Part shown: piece by piece, positions 12,300-24,164 of the stretch | Layout: every line of letters starts with the position of its first letter | Position numbering within the stretch: position 1 is the stretch's first letter | Origin: Ranitomeya imitator | Lineage: Eukaryota | Length of the DNA stretch: 64,000 bases | NCBI RefSeq assembly: GCF_032444005.1 | Contig: NC_091288.1 | Coordinates: forward strand, 40,920,001-40,984,000 | Direction: 5' to 3' | Translations under genes and position numbers: made by a program | The notes under the pieces: generated by a model | Seen by the model: the letters and a program-made list of their open reading frames with translations, nothing else | Databases searched by the model: none | What the model was told of the DNA's origin: nothing

Positions 12300-12972
12300 T
12301 TAAAGGGAATCCGTCAGCAGCTTTGGCCGGTATGACATACGGCCACAGCTTTTCATGGCTGATACAATCATTGTATAATGCTGTATATCTGCCCCCAACC
12401 CGACCTGTAAGCGAAGAAAAAGCTTTTATTATACTCACCTGCGGGTCGGTCCAGTCCGATGGGTGTCGCTGGTCTTGGTCTGGCACCCCCTTCTTCTTGC
12501 GATGCCATCCTCCTACTTGCTTCGTGTAGATGACTCGTCCTACATCGTGTCTCCCCGGCATCATGCTCTTGCGCAGTCGTACTTCTGACCTGAGGGATGG
12601 CAGCATAAAGTACTGCAGTGCTCTGGTATCAGGGCTCCCTGACCTTTTTCCGGCGCCTGCACACTGTGCTCTGCTCTAGTCAGGGCAGAGAAGTACGCCG
12701 GCGAGGGAGCGTGATGCCAGGGAGACTGGATGACGTAGGAGATGTCATCTACATGAAGCAACAAGGAGGATGGCAATCTTAAGAAGGCACCAGACCAAGA
12801 TCCGTGACACCTACTGGACTGCCCTGCAGGTGAGTATAATAAAAAAAAAAAAAACTTAACTTGCAAGTCGGGTTGGGGGCAGCGATACACTATTTTAGAA
12901 TGCTGTATATCCGGCCTGAAAGGTGGTGGTCTTATCTGATCTGTCAAACCTGGTGACCTGGTTTGCTTTTAA
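12300..12972. mobile_element. TTAA-flanked palindromic MITE (T2/Kolobok-like)
   Basis: TTAA|AGGGAATCCGTCAGCAG start, long internal inverted repeats (TATACTCACCTGC...GCAGGTGAGTATA), and a degenerate right end followed by TTAA. Confidence 0.55.
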
Positions 12973-13226
12973 AGTCTTTGGTCACCATTTTTAAAGAGGT
13001 TTCATGCATGTCTGGTTATTAACCGCATGCACATGTAGTAATTCAGCAGGTCTCCCCGATAATAGATTCTTGCCTTTTGAATACTGGACTATTTTGAAGA
13101 CCTCACCTTAAATAGGCATTTAGGTTCAATCTAAGAATTAAGTCTTACCAGGGGGTGGAAAATGCAGAACTTGGTCAGGAATTATTTTTTTTTTTCATAC
13201 AACTATGAAATGTTTTCTTTCCACAG

Positions 13227-13298
13227 GGATGAATATATAGCCAAGAAGAATGAAGAGAGAAAGCACAAGCATTCTGAAGCCAAAGCAAAATCCAAACA
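13227..13298 (+). CDS. SSB: La protein coding exon 6
   Basis: DEYIAKKNEERKHKHSEAKAKSK(Q); CAG acceptor, GTGAGT donor. Confidence 0.95.
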
Positions 13299-13461
13299 GT
13301 GAGTAAATGTCAGGATTTCTCTTTTTTTTTTTTTTTTTTTTTTTTCTTTTTGCCTTGGTGTCCTGAAAATGTAGATTGGAAATGATGCTTGTTGCTTGTA
13401 TTACTGGGAAATGAGTAAATCCTAAACGGCAAGCTTATATTGTAAACATGAAATCTGAATT

Positions 13462-15310
13462 GCATTACTGCTCTAATACATTTTTATAGTGCCATTTATT
13501 CCATGGCACTTTACATGTGAAAAGGGGGCAAATATAGACAAATACAATAAACATGAGCAAAACCAAGACACTAACTGGTACAAAAGGAGAGAGGATCCTG
13601 CCCGTGAGGGCTCCGTCTACAGCGGATGGGTGAGGATACACTAGGAGGGAAGAGCTGGTCATGCGGCGGTTCAGTAGGTTGAGGATCACTGTAGGCTTGT
13701 CGGAAGAGGTTGGTCTTCAGGTTCTTTTTTTGAAGGTTTTCATAGTAGGTGAGAGTCTGTGTTAGGGTAGAGAGAGCCAGAGTATGGGGGAAGCAAGGAA
13801 GAAGTTTTGTATGCGATTGTGGGAAGAAGAGATTAGGGGAGCAGGAGGAGGAGATCGAGAGGATCGAAGGTTGCGTGTAGGTAAGTACCGGGAGACCATG
13901 TTACAGATGTATGGAGGAGTAAGGTTGTGGATGGCTTTGTACGTCATAGGGTTTTGAACTGGAGCCTCTGGGCAATAGGAAGCCAGTGAAGGGCTTGGCA
14001 TAGGGGAGAGGCTGGGGAATAGCGGGGAGACAGGTGGATTAGTCGGTCAGCAGAGTGTAGGATGGATTGGAGTGGTGCTAGAGGGGAGGCCAGAGAGGAG
14101 GAGGTTGCAGTAATCGAAGTGGGAGATAAGGGCGTGCACTAGTGTTTGTGGTTTCATGGTCAAGGAATGCACGGATCTGAGATGTTTTTGAGTTGGAATC
14201 TGCAAGAGGAGGCAAGGGCCTGGATATGTGGCTTGAAAGAGAGAGGGTAGTCAAGGATCACCCCGAGGCATCGATTGTGCAAGACTGGGGAAAGTGAGCA
14301 GCCATTGACATTGATGGATAGGTCAGCTGGAGGGGTAGAGTGAGGTGGGGGAAAGATGAATTCTGTTTTGTCCATGTTAAGCTTTAGAAAACGAGCAGAA
14401 AAGAAGGATGAAATGGCAGGCAGACAGACAATGTGAGATTTTGGCGAGTAAGGAGGTGAGGTCAGGTCCAGAAAGGTAGATCTGTGTGTTATCAGTGTAG
14501 AGATATTGTAAACCGTGGGATTCCGAGTTGTCCCAGGCCGAAGGTGTAGTTGGAGAAGAGTAGGGGTCTTGGGGAACACTGACAGACAGGGGGTGAGATC
14601 AGGAGGTGGTGTTTGAGAGGGAGACACTGAATGTCCGGTCTGTCAGATATGACGAGATCCAGGATAGGCCCAAGTCTGTGATGCCAAGGGATGAGAGAAT
14701 CTGTAATAGGAGTGGTCCAGTGCTGAAGGCAAAAGACAGATCCAGGAGGAGGAGGACAGAGTAGTGTTGCATGCTCTTGGCGGTTAGTAAGTCATTGGTG
14801 ACTTCAGTTATGGCAGTTTCAGTTGAGTAGTGTGGTCGGAATCCAGATTGTAACCGGTCGAAGAGGGAGCAAGAAAGAGGTGGGAGGACAGTTCAAGATG
14901 GACATGCTGTTCCTGATGCTGTTCCTGTAGTTTTGAGGCATACGGGAGAAGAGATATCAGCGATGGCTATACAGAGGATGGGTCCGAGGGAGGGCTTTTT
15001 GAGGATGGGTGTGATCGAGGCATGCCTGAAGGATGAGGGGAAGACACTAGTTGTGAGTGAGAGGTTGAAGGTGTTAGGGTTGGAATGAAGACTGGCGAGG
15101 TTAGGGATGAGGTGGGTTGGGAGCGGTCAAGCGTGCAAGTGGTGAGATGAGCTCTCCACTCTCCTGTCAAGATCACATCTTCTGCCATGGTGGAGAAGCT
15201 GGTTTTGGAGCCACAGGGTTGAGCAGCTAAGAGGCATTGGGGGCTGCAGGCCAAAGCTTTCTCTGATCGCATCAATCTTCTGCTTAAAGAAGGGGGCAAA
15301 TAAGATACTT
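13462..15310 (-). mobile_element. L2 (CR1-group) LINE, 5'-truncated and degenerate
   Basis: Fragments on the minus strand ([32 protein letters not shown]). The 3' end is homologous to the copy at 58497-60930. Confidence 0.85.
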
Positions 15311-15745
15311 GGCACACAATTCATGCATGCCCATGCTCTGACCGAGCTCTCCCCCCATCAGCCTGTTGCGGTTTTAATTGCAGCAGGATGGTACCTACCC
15401 ATAATTGTAGGCTTCAGCCTAGGAGAGGATTCACATTAGATGGGTTCCCAGCCACTGGTGATCTCCCTCTTGTTGGCTGCTGGGTACACATGAATTGGCC
15501 AAATTATGTCCTAAGTATCTCCATATTTTTTTTTCCTTCCTTATCTAGAGCAGTAATGCAATTCACAATACATATGTACATGCTATAGAATGCTACTTCA
15601 TATTGTAAACTACAAGAGACAGAAGCTTATTTACCAAGGAATGAGGAAACAAGTGTAGAATTGTATATAAATAGTTCTTAAACCATTTATTTGTTGGAAA
15701 AGGGATGCAAACAACTTATGTTGTTTTTTTTTTTTTTTTTTCCAG

Positions 15746-15788
15746 AGAGAAAGCTGATGCTCAGAAGCAAGCAGAGGAAGCTGAAATG
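15746..15788 (+). CDS. SSB: La protein coding exon 7
   Basis: 43-nt exon encoding EKADAQKQAEEAEM; poly-T tract plus CAG acceptor, GTATGC donor; phases consistent. Confidence 0.92.
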
Positions 15789-16015
15789 GTATGCACATCC
15801 TTTGATTTGCTTTTGTATTAAAAAAAAAAATAATAATTCCTAAATGCTGTTTCAGTTTCATCCATATGAACAGGAAGCTTTTTTTGCAATCCAATCTAAA
15901 GTGTTTTTCTTATGTGTATTTTGTTGCAGAGTCTGTGGCAAAAATCATGTGAAAAACTCAATGTGAGCACTCCCTTACCCTTTAATGCACATTTAACATT
16001 CTTCATATTTTACAG

Positions 16016-16156
16016 AAATCCTTAGACGAACAGATCGGCTGCCTCCTAAAATTCTCAGGTGAACTGGACAACATGACTTCCAGAGAAGATATTCACGCAT
16101 TATTCCAGACTCACGGGGAAATAAAATGGATTGATTTTAGCAGAGGAGCAAAGGAG
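16016..16156 (+). CDS. SSB: La protein coding exon 8 (RRM2)
   Basis: [47 protein letters not shown]. Confidence 0.97.
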
Positions 16157-16361
16157 GTAAATGATCACGACCGTATTAAGTAGATGAGATTGTTCAATTT
16201 ACTGCATATCTGCTGCAGCACCTAATGGCTAAGGTCTTGTACATTGGAGTGATAGAGGGGTGTGTATAGATGTAGATTTGTATAGAAATAAGATACTATA
16301 CACATTTATACATGTGTATGTACGTTTTTTCAATATATATTCCCCCTCCACCCCCCAAAAG

Positions 16362-16548
16362 GGAATCATATTATTTAAAAGCAATGCAAAAGAGGCGTTG
16401 GAGAAGGCCAAAGCTGCGAATGATGGCAATTTACAGCTGAAAAAGAAGGATGTGACCTGGGAACATCTTGAAGGTGATGTGGAGAAGGCGGCATTAAAGA
16501 AAATCATGGAAAATCAACAAGAATCTTATAATAAATGGAAAGGAAAAG
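16362..16548 (+). CDS. SSB: La protein coding exon 9
   Basis: [62 protein letters not shown]; AAG acceptor, GTAAGT donor. Confidence 0.96.
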
Positions 16549-17796
16549 GTAAGTCCATTTTACAGGGGATGCTTATATATAATTTTATTTTGTTTTTTTT
16601 TCTGCTTTTTCTCATTAGCTCAGGCTCCTGCTCTGCCCATGGAATAGCTGGTGTACAAAGAGGAGGGCAGAGGTGTGGCCGGTCAGACGATGACCGTTTC
16701 ACATATAGGATCGCTTCATTCAATAAATTAATATTACACGTGAAAATAGGCAGTTTTGGAACACTTATCAAATCTGCCTCTTTCATAGTTTACTTGCAAA
16801 ATCTGTTTTCAGTGAATACAGAATTCCTCATTACTGAAAGATGAGTTAGTGCTTATAAGATTCTATGGAGAGGAGCTAGAGGCAAACAGTCTGCTGCTAA
16901 AAGTTCTCCTGAAACTGAAGTTACACTTTAAGGAGAGAGGAGCACAATGCAATGCTTGGACTGGCCTTTGGCTCTCCTGACAGGAGTGTGACAGATGCTT
17001 GGTTGTGATGCGCGCACTTGCTCTGGTAAGGCTTTATCTGAGCATGCTCGGGTGCAACTGCGGGGAGCTAGCTGTCAATCAGCATGGCATTGACAGGGCT
17101 GCCAGGAAAAGGAAGCTCTGATGTTGAATAGCTGCCAGCAGGAGCCGTCAGTGGCAGGTACAACAGGCACATAGTAAGCAACTAACTGCCTGTTTAGTAT
17201 TTAAGCCCATAGTGAAAAACAAACAAATCCTGGATAAATTTTTGAATTTCAGTTAACCACATATGCATATCGCTCTCACCCAGATGCAGTAAACTGGGTC
17301 TGACTAGCTACCTCCTATAGATGTACGCTCCCGAAAATGGTGCATGTTAGAGCACGCATTCGTTCTGACATTGCAATCTAGGGGCATGCGTCTGGATCCT
17401 ATTTTGCAGGTGATTTCAGACATGTGCTCCAACGGGGACAAAGAACGCAATGTGAAAGCACCCCTAGACTTCAATGGGAATTACGAGACCTTGTCTGAGT
17501 TACATGCTGGTCTGTTCTGTACAGGGCACCATATGAATGCATGGCTAGCGCCTGTGGCTTTGTTGTACGGGGATATGGGTTCATAATGCCGGGGTGCACA
17601 AGACCATAATCAAATCTAACTGCTGCATGGCCCATATGGAGTTGCTGGGTAGAAAATATTTAGGTGAGATAATCAACGACCTTATGCTTTGTACACACTT
17701 CCAGGGTATGAGTACTTTCTTGCTGAAAAATTCTGCCAATGCTCTCCTAATGTTTCTGCACGTAGCAGATCTGTGACTGTGTTTATATACTTACAG

Positions 17797-17907
17797 GTGG
17801 GAAGAAAGGTAAGGGAAGGGGTGGAAGAAACAATGATTCATCCAGAAAGAAGATACAGTTCCAGGGGAAAAAGAAGAAATTTGATAGTGATGAAGAGGAT
17901 ATGGAAG
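17797..17907 (+). CDS. SSB: La protein coding exon 10 (basic region)
   Basis: GGKKGKGRGGRNNDSSRKKIQFQGKKKKFDSDEEDME. Confidence 0.93.
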
Positions 17908-18124
17908 GTACTTTAATTTTATATAACATGTAGACATTATATACATGATTAGTTCATGTCCGCGGCTTCCTGGCTGTTCTTCTCTATGGACCAGACGTTC
18001 GTTGGCGTTTTACAAACAGCTGCTATTGTGCACTGCTGAAATTACAAACCCAAGCAAGATCCTTGTGAATGTCTCTTCTGATGTTCTTGTTTTCTTAATT
18101 CTAACTTCACTTGACACATTTCAG

Positions 18125-18240
18125 AGTCCGCCGATGCTAAAAATGGGACTGAATCGCCAGAAAGTACAAAGAAAAGACAGCTGGAGGACAAAAGCACAGA
18201 TGAACCCGAACCGAAGCAGCAGAAAACTGTAGACCAATAA
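18125..18240 (+). CDS. SSB: La protein last coding exon
   Basis: ESADAKNGTESPESTKKRQLEDKSTDEPEPKQQKTVDQ*. The summed CDS is 1224 nt, giving 407 aa plus stop with all phases consistent. Confidence 0.92.
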
Positions 18241-18335
18241 GCTGCAGAGTTTTAGATTCTTCTGATGGAATTTTTTTTTTTTTTTAGAAAACTAAAAATA
18301 CAAAAACTGTCCATTTTAAGTCTTCAGATAACGTG

Positions 18336-18377
18336 TCAGTGAAACGAGAATCTGATGAAGTCCACTTCGATGTCAAC
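18336..18377 (-). CDS. METTL5: rRNA N6-adenosine methyltransferase METTL5, last coding exon (inside the SSB 3'UTR)
   Basis: Minus strand TTTTCTTGCAG|GTT GAC ATC GAA GTG GAC TTC ATC AGA TTC TCG TTT CAC TGA = VDIEVDFIRFSFH*, matching the METTL5 C-terminus. Phase 0 matches the preceding exon. Confidence 0.93.
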   Translation of the reverse strand, partial: VDIEVDFIRFSFH

Positions 18378-18534
18378 CTGCAAGAAAATGGTTTTTTTTG
18401 TTACAATGAACGGCACTTGAAAACAGGTTTTATATTTATGTTCTGTTTGGTTTTTTTTTTTTAAATCCTAATCAATCATTTCTTCCAGGTTTTGTGTATT
18501 GAGGACACAGTTGTACTATATACATCGATCTATC

Positions 18535-18540
18535 AATAAA
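18535..18540 (+). terminator. SSB polyadenylation signal AATAAA
   Basis: First AATAAA in the 3'UTR proper, about 300 nt after the SSB stop, followed by a GT/T-rich stretch. Confidence 0.7.
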
Positions 18541-19826
18541 AACAAATTATTAAGTGGGTTGTAGTTTTTCTTCAACCTCTTCGCACCTGTCTGTAGACAT
18601 CTTTGCTTCAGATCAGATTTAATATGTCTAAAATTCAGGAGACTGCATATGGCTGCTTCATACATAAATACTATGACTCCACCCATGCAGGGGTTAACTT
18701 AGAAATCATGGGGCCCCATGGAAGTTCTGAACTTAATATTCAGTGCGGTCACAGGAGGGCATATCTCACGACTTGCTTAATAAGGGGACACCGGAAACCA
18801 TGGGATGTATCTAGGGGGAAGAAACAGCACAAACTCCATTCAGGATTTAGAACTAATCCACTGCCTCTTGGAAGATTCTCCTGCTGAGGTGTAGGTAGGA
18901 ACCTTGTAGAACTTTTAGTCTGCCATTCATGCGTTCGCTAGGTCGCCGCTCCTGGAAAGCTGTAGGGCGGATGGCGAACTGCCCAGGAGGAACCCACCGC
19001 TTGGGTAGGGTGGGCCTTACACTCAGGGTGAGGGTGCTCTGGTCTTAATCTGGCACGCTTCCTAGATTGTTTCCTGGCTCCAGCGTGCAACTGTAGCCTT
19101 GGATGCTGGAAGGTCTCTACAAGTATCCTCAGGGATCTGTCCTCTGGAAGGGGGCACTCCAAAGGGTAAGCCGGAGATGGACATAAAGTGGGGAGGACAG
19201 ACTACCTTGGGAGAAAAGGTTCCGGCTACAGAATAAGGAAGGGTGAGTGACGTGACAGCTGCCTGTTTGAAACCCACATGCTGGAAATGATGGCCATTGA
19301 AAAAACCACCTTCCAGGATAGAAAAGACAGACTTCTGAGCGGTTCAAAAGGGGAACTCCTGAGAGCCTTCAGAACCAGGTTTAGGTCCCAGGGATCTACT
19401 CATGGTTGATATAGAGGAACTGCATGACTCTCTCACTGAGGAAAAGTTCTAACCCGAGAAAGTGAAGCTAAATTCTTTTGGAAAAGAGTCTATAAAGCAG
19501 AAACTTGGCCCTTCAGCGAGCCGAGAGCTAAACCTGTGTGAAGTCCTGCCTGATGGAAGAAAGGAAAAACCATAGACACTGTGAAAAGCCATAGACATTA
19601 GTCTCACACCAACGGAAGAAGGCTTTCAAAATCCAATAAGACTCGACTGCCTCCTTCCGAGCCCAGATCCTCATCTAAATCTTTCACCCTGAGAACCCAG
19701 ACGCTCTTAGAACCACGGTTTCAACAGCCATGCTGTCAATTCAAGTGAGAATTCTGGTGGAACCCTGAGAAAGCAGATCGGGTCTGTCCGATAGCATTCA
19801 AGGAGCATCTGTGGGTAAATTAACTA

Positions 19827-21436
19827 CAGGTCCTTCTCAAAAAATTAGCATATAGTGTTAAATTTCATTATTTACCATAATGTAATGATTACAATTAAAC
19901 TTTCATATATTAGATTCATTATCCACCAACTGAAATTTGTCAGGTCTTTTATTGTTTTAATACTGATGACCTCGGCATACAACTCCTGATAACCCAAAAA
20001 ACCTGTCTCAATAAATTAGCATATCAAGAAAAGGTTCTCTAAACGACCTATTACCCTAATCTTCTGAATCAACTAATTAACTCTAAACACATGCAAAAGA
20101 TACCTGAGGCTTTTATAAACTCCCTGCCTGGTTCATTACTCAAAACCCCCATCATGGGTAAGACTAGCGACCTGACAGATGTCAAGAAGGCCATCATTGA
20201 CACCCTCAAGCAAGAGGGTAAGACCCAGAAAGAAATTTCTCAACAAATAGGCTGTTCCCAGAGTGCTGTATCAAGGCACCTCAATGGTAAGTCTGTTGGA
20301 AGGAAACAATGTGGCAGAAAACGCTGTACAACGAGAAGAGGAGACCGGACCCTGAGGAAGATTGTGGAGAAGGACCGATTCCAGACCTTGGGGAACCTGA
20401 GGAAGCAGTGGACTGAGTCTGGTGTGGAAACATCCAGAGCCACCGTGCACAGGCGTGTGCAGGAAATGGGCTACAGGTGCCGCATTCCCCAGGTAAAGCC
20501 ACTTTTGAACCATAAACAGCGGCAGAGGCGCCTGACCTGGGCTACAGAGAAGCAGCACTGGACTGTTGCTAAGTGGTCCCAAGTACTTTTTTCTGATGAA
20601 AGCAAATTTTGCATGTCATTCGGAAATCAAGGTGCCAGAGTCTGGAGGAAGACTGGGGAGAAGGAAATGCCAAAATGCCTGAAGTCCAGTATCAAGTACC
20701 CACAGTCAGTGATGGTGTGGGGTGCCATGTCAGCTGCTGGTGTTGGTCCACTGTGTTTCATCAAGGGCAGGGTCAATGCAGCTAGCTATCAGGAGATTTT
20801 GGAGCACTTCATGCTTCCATCGGCTGAAATGCTTTATGGAGATGAAGATTTCATTTTTCAGCACGACCTGGCACCTGCTCACAGTGCCAAAACCACTGGT
20901 AAATGGTTTACTGACCATGGTATTACTGTGCTCAATTGGCCTGCCAACTCTCCTGACCTGAACCCCATAGAGAATCTGTGGGATATTGTGAAGAGAAAGT
21001 TGAGAGACGCAAGACCCAACACTCTGGATGAGCTTAAGGCCGCTATTGAAGCATCCTGGGCCTCCATAACATCTCAGCAGTGTCACAGGCTGATTGCCTC
21101 CATGCCACGCCGCATTGAAGCAGTCATTTCTGCCAAAGGATTCCCGACCAAGTATTGAGTGCATAACTGAACATTATTATTTGATGGTTTTTTTGTTTGT
21201 TATTAAAAAACACTTTTATTTGATTGGATGGGTGAAATATGCTAATTTATTGAGACAGGTTTTTTGGGTTATCAGGAGTTGTATGCCAAAATCATCAGTA
21301 TTAAAACAATAAAAGACCTGACAAATTTCAGTTGGTGGATAATGAATCTATAATATATGAAAGTTTAATTGTAATCATTACATTATGGTAAATAATGAAA
21401 TTTAACACTATATGCTAATTTTTTGAGAAGGACCTG
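19827..21436 (+). mobile_element. Full-length Tc1-family transposon (1610 bp)
   Basis: TA|CAGGTCCTTCTC...GAGAAGGACCTG|TA. TIRs of about 200 bp are nearly identical, with an internal direct repeat AATTAGCATAT. Contains an intact transposase ORF. Confidence 0.97.
20154..21158 (+). CDS. Intact Tc1 transposase, DD34E (334 aa)
   Basis: MGKTSDLTDVKK..., paired-like HTH, FSDESKF, FQHDLAPAH and [11 protein letters not shown], with exactly 34 residues between the second D and E; no stops. It resembles the fish/frog Tzf/TXz-like group (from memory). Confidence 0.95.
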   Translation: MGKTSDLTDVKKAIIDTLKQEGKTQKEISQQIGCSQSAVSRHLNGKSVGRKQCGRKRCTTRRGDRTLRKIVEKDRFQTLGNLRKQWTESGVETSRATVHRRVQEMGYRCRIPQVKPLLNHKQRQRRLTWATEKQHWTVAKWSQVLFSDESKFCMSFGNQGARVWRKTGEKEMPKCLKSSIKYPQSVMVWGAMSAAGVGPLCFIKGRVNAASYQEILEHFMLPSAEMLYGDEDFIFQHDLAPAHSAKTTGKWFTDHGITVLNWPANSPDLNPIENLWDIVKRKLRDARPNTLDELKAAIEASWASITSQQCHRLIASMPRRIEAVISAKGFPTKY

Positions 21437-21667
21437 TACCTCTGCTTACCAGGCCTTCCTGGGCCAATCTGGTACTATTAGGATCATCAGCACACCACCT
21501 ACTTTTTATTTTCTTCAACTGCTTTGGGAGAGGTGGAAACAGATAAGGAAGAGCAAACTGAACAGGGTGATGCCGACCGTGGGAACTTTTATGTTCATCC
21601 AGTACACCATGAGGTCCACATCCGGTATGCTCCACCACAGACAAATCTGATGGTAGACCCTCACGAC

Positions 21668-22100
21668 TAGGGTTGAGCGAAACGGATCGTTCATTTTCAA
21701 AAGTCGCCGACTTTTGGCAAAGTCGGGTTTCATGAAACCCGACCCCTGTGTGGGGTCGGCCATGCGGTACGCGACTTTCGCGCCAAAGTCGCGTTTCGTA
21801 TGACGCGCTTGGCGCCATTTTTTTCAGCCAATGAAGGGGCGTGGGCAGAGTGATGACATAGGGCGTGGACGCCTATCGTCATGTTGTCGCTTGTGCGCTG
21901 TAGCGATTTGCACTGTGTAACACCAGCTTTTCAGTTCAGGGAGAGGGAGAAAAAAAAAAAAATTCCCATTGGGTTTCGTGTTTCGGTCGATCCTCGACTT
22001 TTCGCCATAATCGGCCGATTTCACTCGACTCGACTTTTGAGATAGTCGGGTTTCGCGAAACTCGGCTCGACCCTAAAAAAGTCAAGGTCGCTCAACCCTA
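21668..22100. mobile_element. hAT-type MITE
   Basis: TIR TAGGGTTGAGCGA...TCGCTCAACCCTA with a perfect 8-bp target duplication CTCACGAC (21660-21667 and 22101-22108). Confidence 0.9.
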
Positions 22101-22753
22101 CTCACGACTCAAAGTCAGTCACCCAATTACCTATGCCATGAATGTGCACTGCTGGAACCCTGTTCTCTTATACCGACCCTGACAGAGGGGGAGGACAGTT
22201 TACGGATGCCCTGATTCTTAACGATATCCAGACTGGACCATCCAGGGAAAGAACAGACCTGTTCCACTGGGAAACGATGGTCTGCTGAAGCAGCCTGGTG
22301 CAGAATTGAGTGAAAGGTATTGCCTCCACAGCTGTCACCATACTGCCAAGAACCGCAATAGCGAAGAGACAGATTGAAGGGCCTAAAGCTCTCTTTTTCT
22401 TGGGGAGAAAAACTCTTGACTGAAAGGTGTTGAAAAGCATGCCCAGAAAAATCAGACAATGGGTCGGAACTAGACAACATTTTGAACTGTTGACTATCCA
22501 GCTGAGACAAGCTTTCCTGGGCTATAGAGAAGGGCATAGCCTTGAAGATATCGTTGAGGTAAGATATGACCATTAGATCCGAAGGATGGACATCACCACT
22601 GCCATTATCTGGGTGTGGTTGCCAGGCCGAATGACAGGGCGACGAACTGAAAGTGGTTCTGCTGCACCACAAGTCGCAGGAATCTGAGGACTCGGAAAAA
22701 TCAGGACATCAAGATAGGCGTCTGGGATATCCACAGAACCCAGAAATGTCTAA

Positions 22754-23043
22754 GGCTACGTTCACATTTGCGTTGTGCGCCGCTGCGTCGGCGACGCAAC
22801 GCAAACAAAAATGCACGCAAAAACGCTGCGTTTTGCGACGCATGCGTCGTTTTTTGCCGAAATTTGGACGCAAGAAAAATGCAACTTGTTGCGTTTTCTT
22901 GGCCCGACGCTTGCGGCAAAAAAAATGCATGCGTCGCACAACGCATCACAAAAAGACGCATGCGTCCCCCATGTTAAATATCGGGGCGCATGACGCATGC
23001 GTCGCCCGACGCAAACATGCATAACGCTAATGTGAACGTAGCC
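22754..23043. mobile_element. PIF/Harbinger-type MITE inserted in the DIRS RT
   Basis: TIR GGCTACGTTCACATT...AATGTGAACGTAGCC with TAA on both sides; same family as 7051-7322. Confidence 0.9.
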
Positions 23044-24164
23044 TAAGATTCCATCCTGAAATGACAAAGACTGACCCTTTTGTTCAGTAACTTGAGATGC
23101 AGGAAGGGTCCAACAAACCCGTCCTTCTTTGGCACTACAAAGAGGTTTGAATAGAAACCGTTCCTGAGGTGGGACAAGAACGATGACGCCTGTTTGGAGA
23201 AGAGAGGATATGGCTGCGAAAAAACCCAGAAGAGAGGCAGAATTTGAAAAAATGATCTCTGGGCCACAAAAGTAATTCTATCTTATATCCTGTAGATACC
23301 AGTTCTCTGACCCAGGTATCCTTGATAGAAGCGAGCCAAAGTCCCTGAAGAACAGGAGACGACCGCCCACCCTGAGAGACTCCCTGGGTGGCAGAGAAGC
23401 ATGAGGCGGAGGAGAACCTGCTAGGACTGCTCCTGGAGGACCTGCCTTGCGGATTGGTGAGACACCAAGAGGATGTTGGTTTGAAAGTCATTTTCCTTTC
23501 CTGTTGGGCCTGCGTCCCCTCCTGGTTGCAGGCACAGACGAGAAGCACCAAAAAAGATGAAAGGACTGACACTTTCACTTAAAGGGAAGGTGCCAAGGCT
23601 TGGCTTTATGAAGAAGATAACTTTACCTACCGGTGGCATCCATTATAATCTGGTCAAGCCTGGTTCCAAACAGTCACAATCCCTGGAAGGGCAAATCGCT
23701 CAGAGACTTCTTGGAAGACAAGTTCGCCTGCCACGCCTTGAGCCAGATGGTTCTGCGGATGGCCACTATTTTACTGGCCACTTGAGCTGCAGCTGAGGCG
23801 GCATCCAATGAGGCAGCAATTACATATTTTCCCGCTTGAGAGATCTGGTCCGATAAGTTGGCTAAGGAGAGAGGTCAGCGAGGAGGAGTGGCACGGATGT
23901 TTAAAAAAGGTGCAGGGACAGACACCACAGACATACCTGTGGGCACCTAACTACAGTACTGATGTAACTCTGGAAGGCTTAATTCAATGTAGAATAATTC
24001 CTGCACAGGGGAACAGGGGAAGGGGTGACCTGTGGAAAGAAGGTAGTTCTCCAACCCTCTCTGAAGCACAATCAGGCATCCAAATCTCCCTGGATTGCCG
24101 GATGTCTGTAGCTCCTGACGCTGTCTGACCCTGGTAGGCCAGTGGGCCGGACCATTCTTTAGAT

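Noticed and set aside
16260-16844. 194-aa ORF
   Set aside because: Only 16362-16548 is a real SSB exon; the flanks are intron read-through.
9365-18124. Intronic snoRNAs in SSB introns
   Set aside because: No convincing box C/D pair with terminal stem or H/ACA architecture was seen by eye; snoscan or Infernal would be decisive.
20091-20153. 21-aa N-terminal extension of the Tc1 ORF
   Set aside because: Family homology begins at MGKTSDL (20154), so the upstream ATG is probably incidental.
22653-23067. Overlapping R/C/A-rich ORFs in MITEs (also 61997-62532, 41119-41496, 7105-7314)
   Set aside because: GC-rich palindromic MITE interiors with no transposase motifs.
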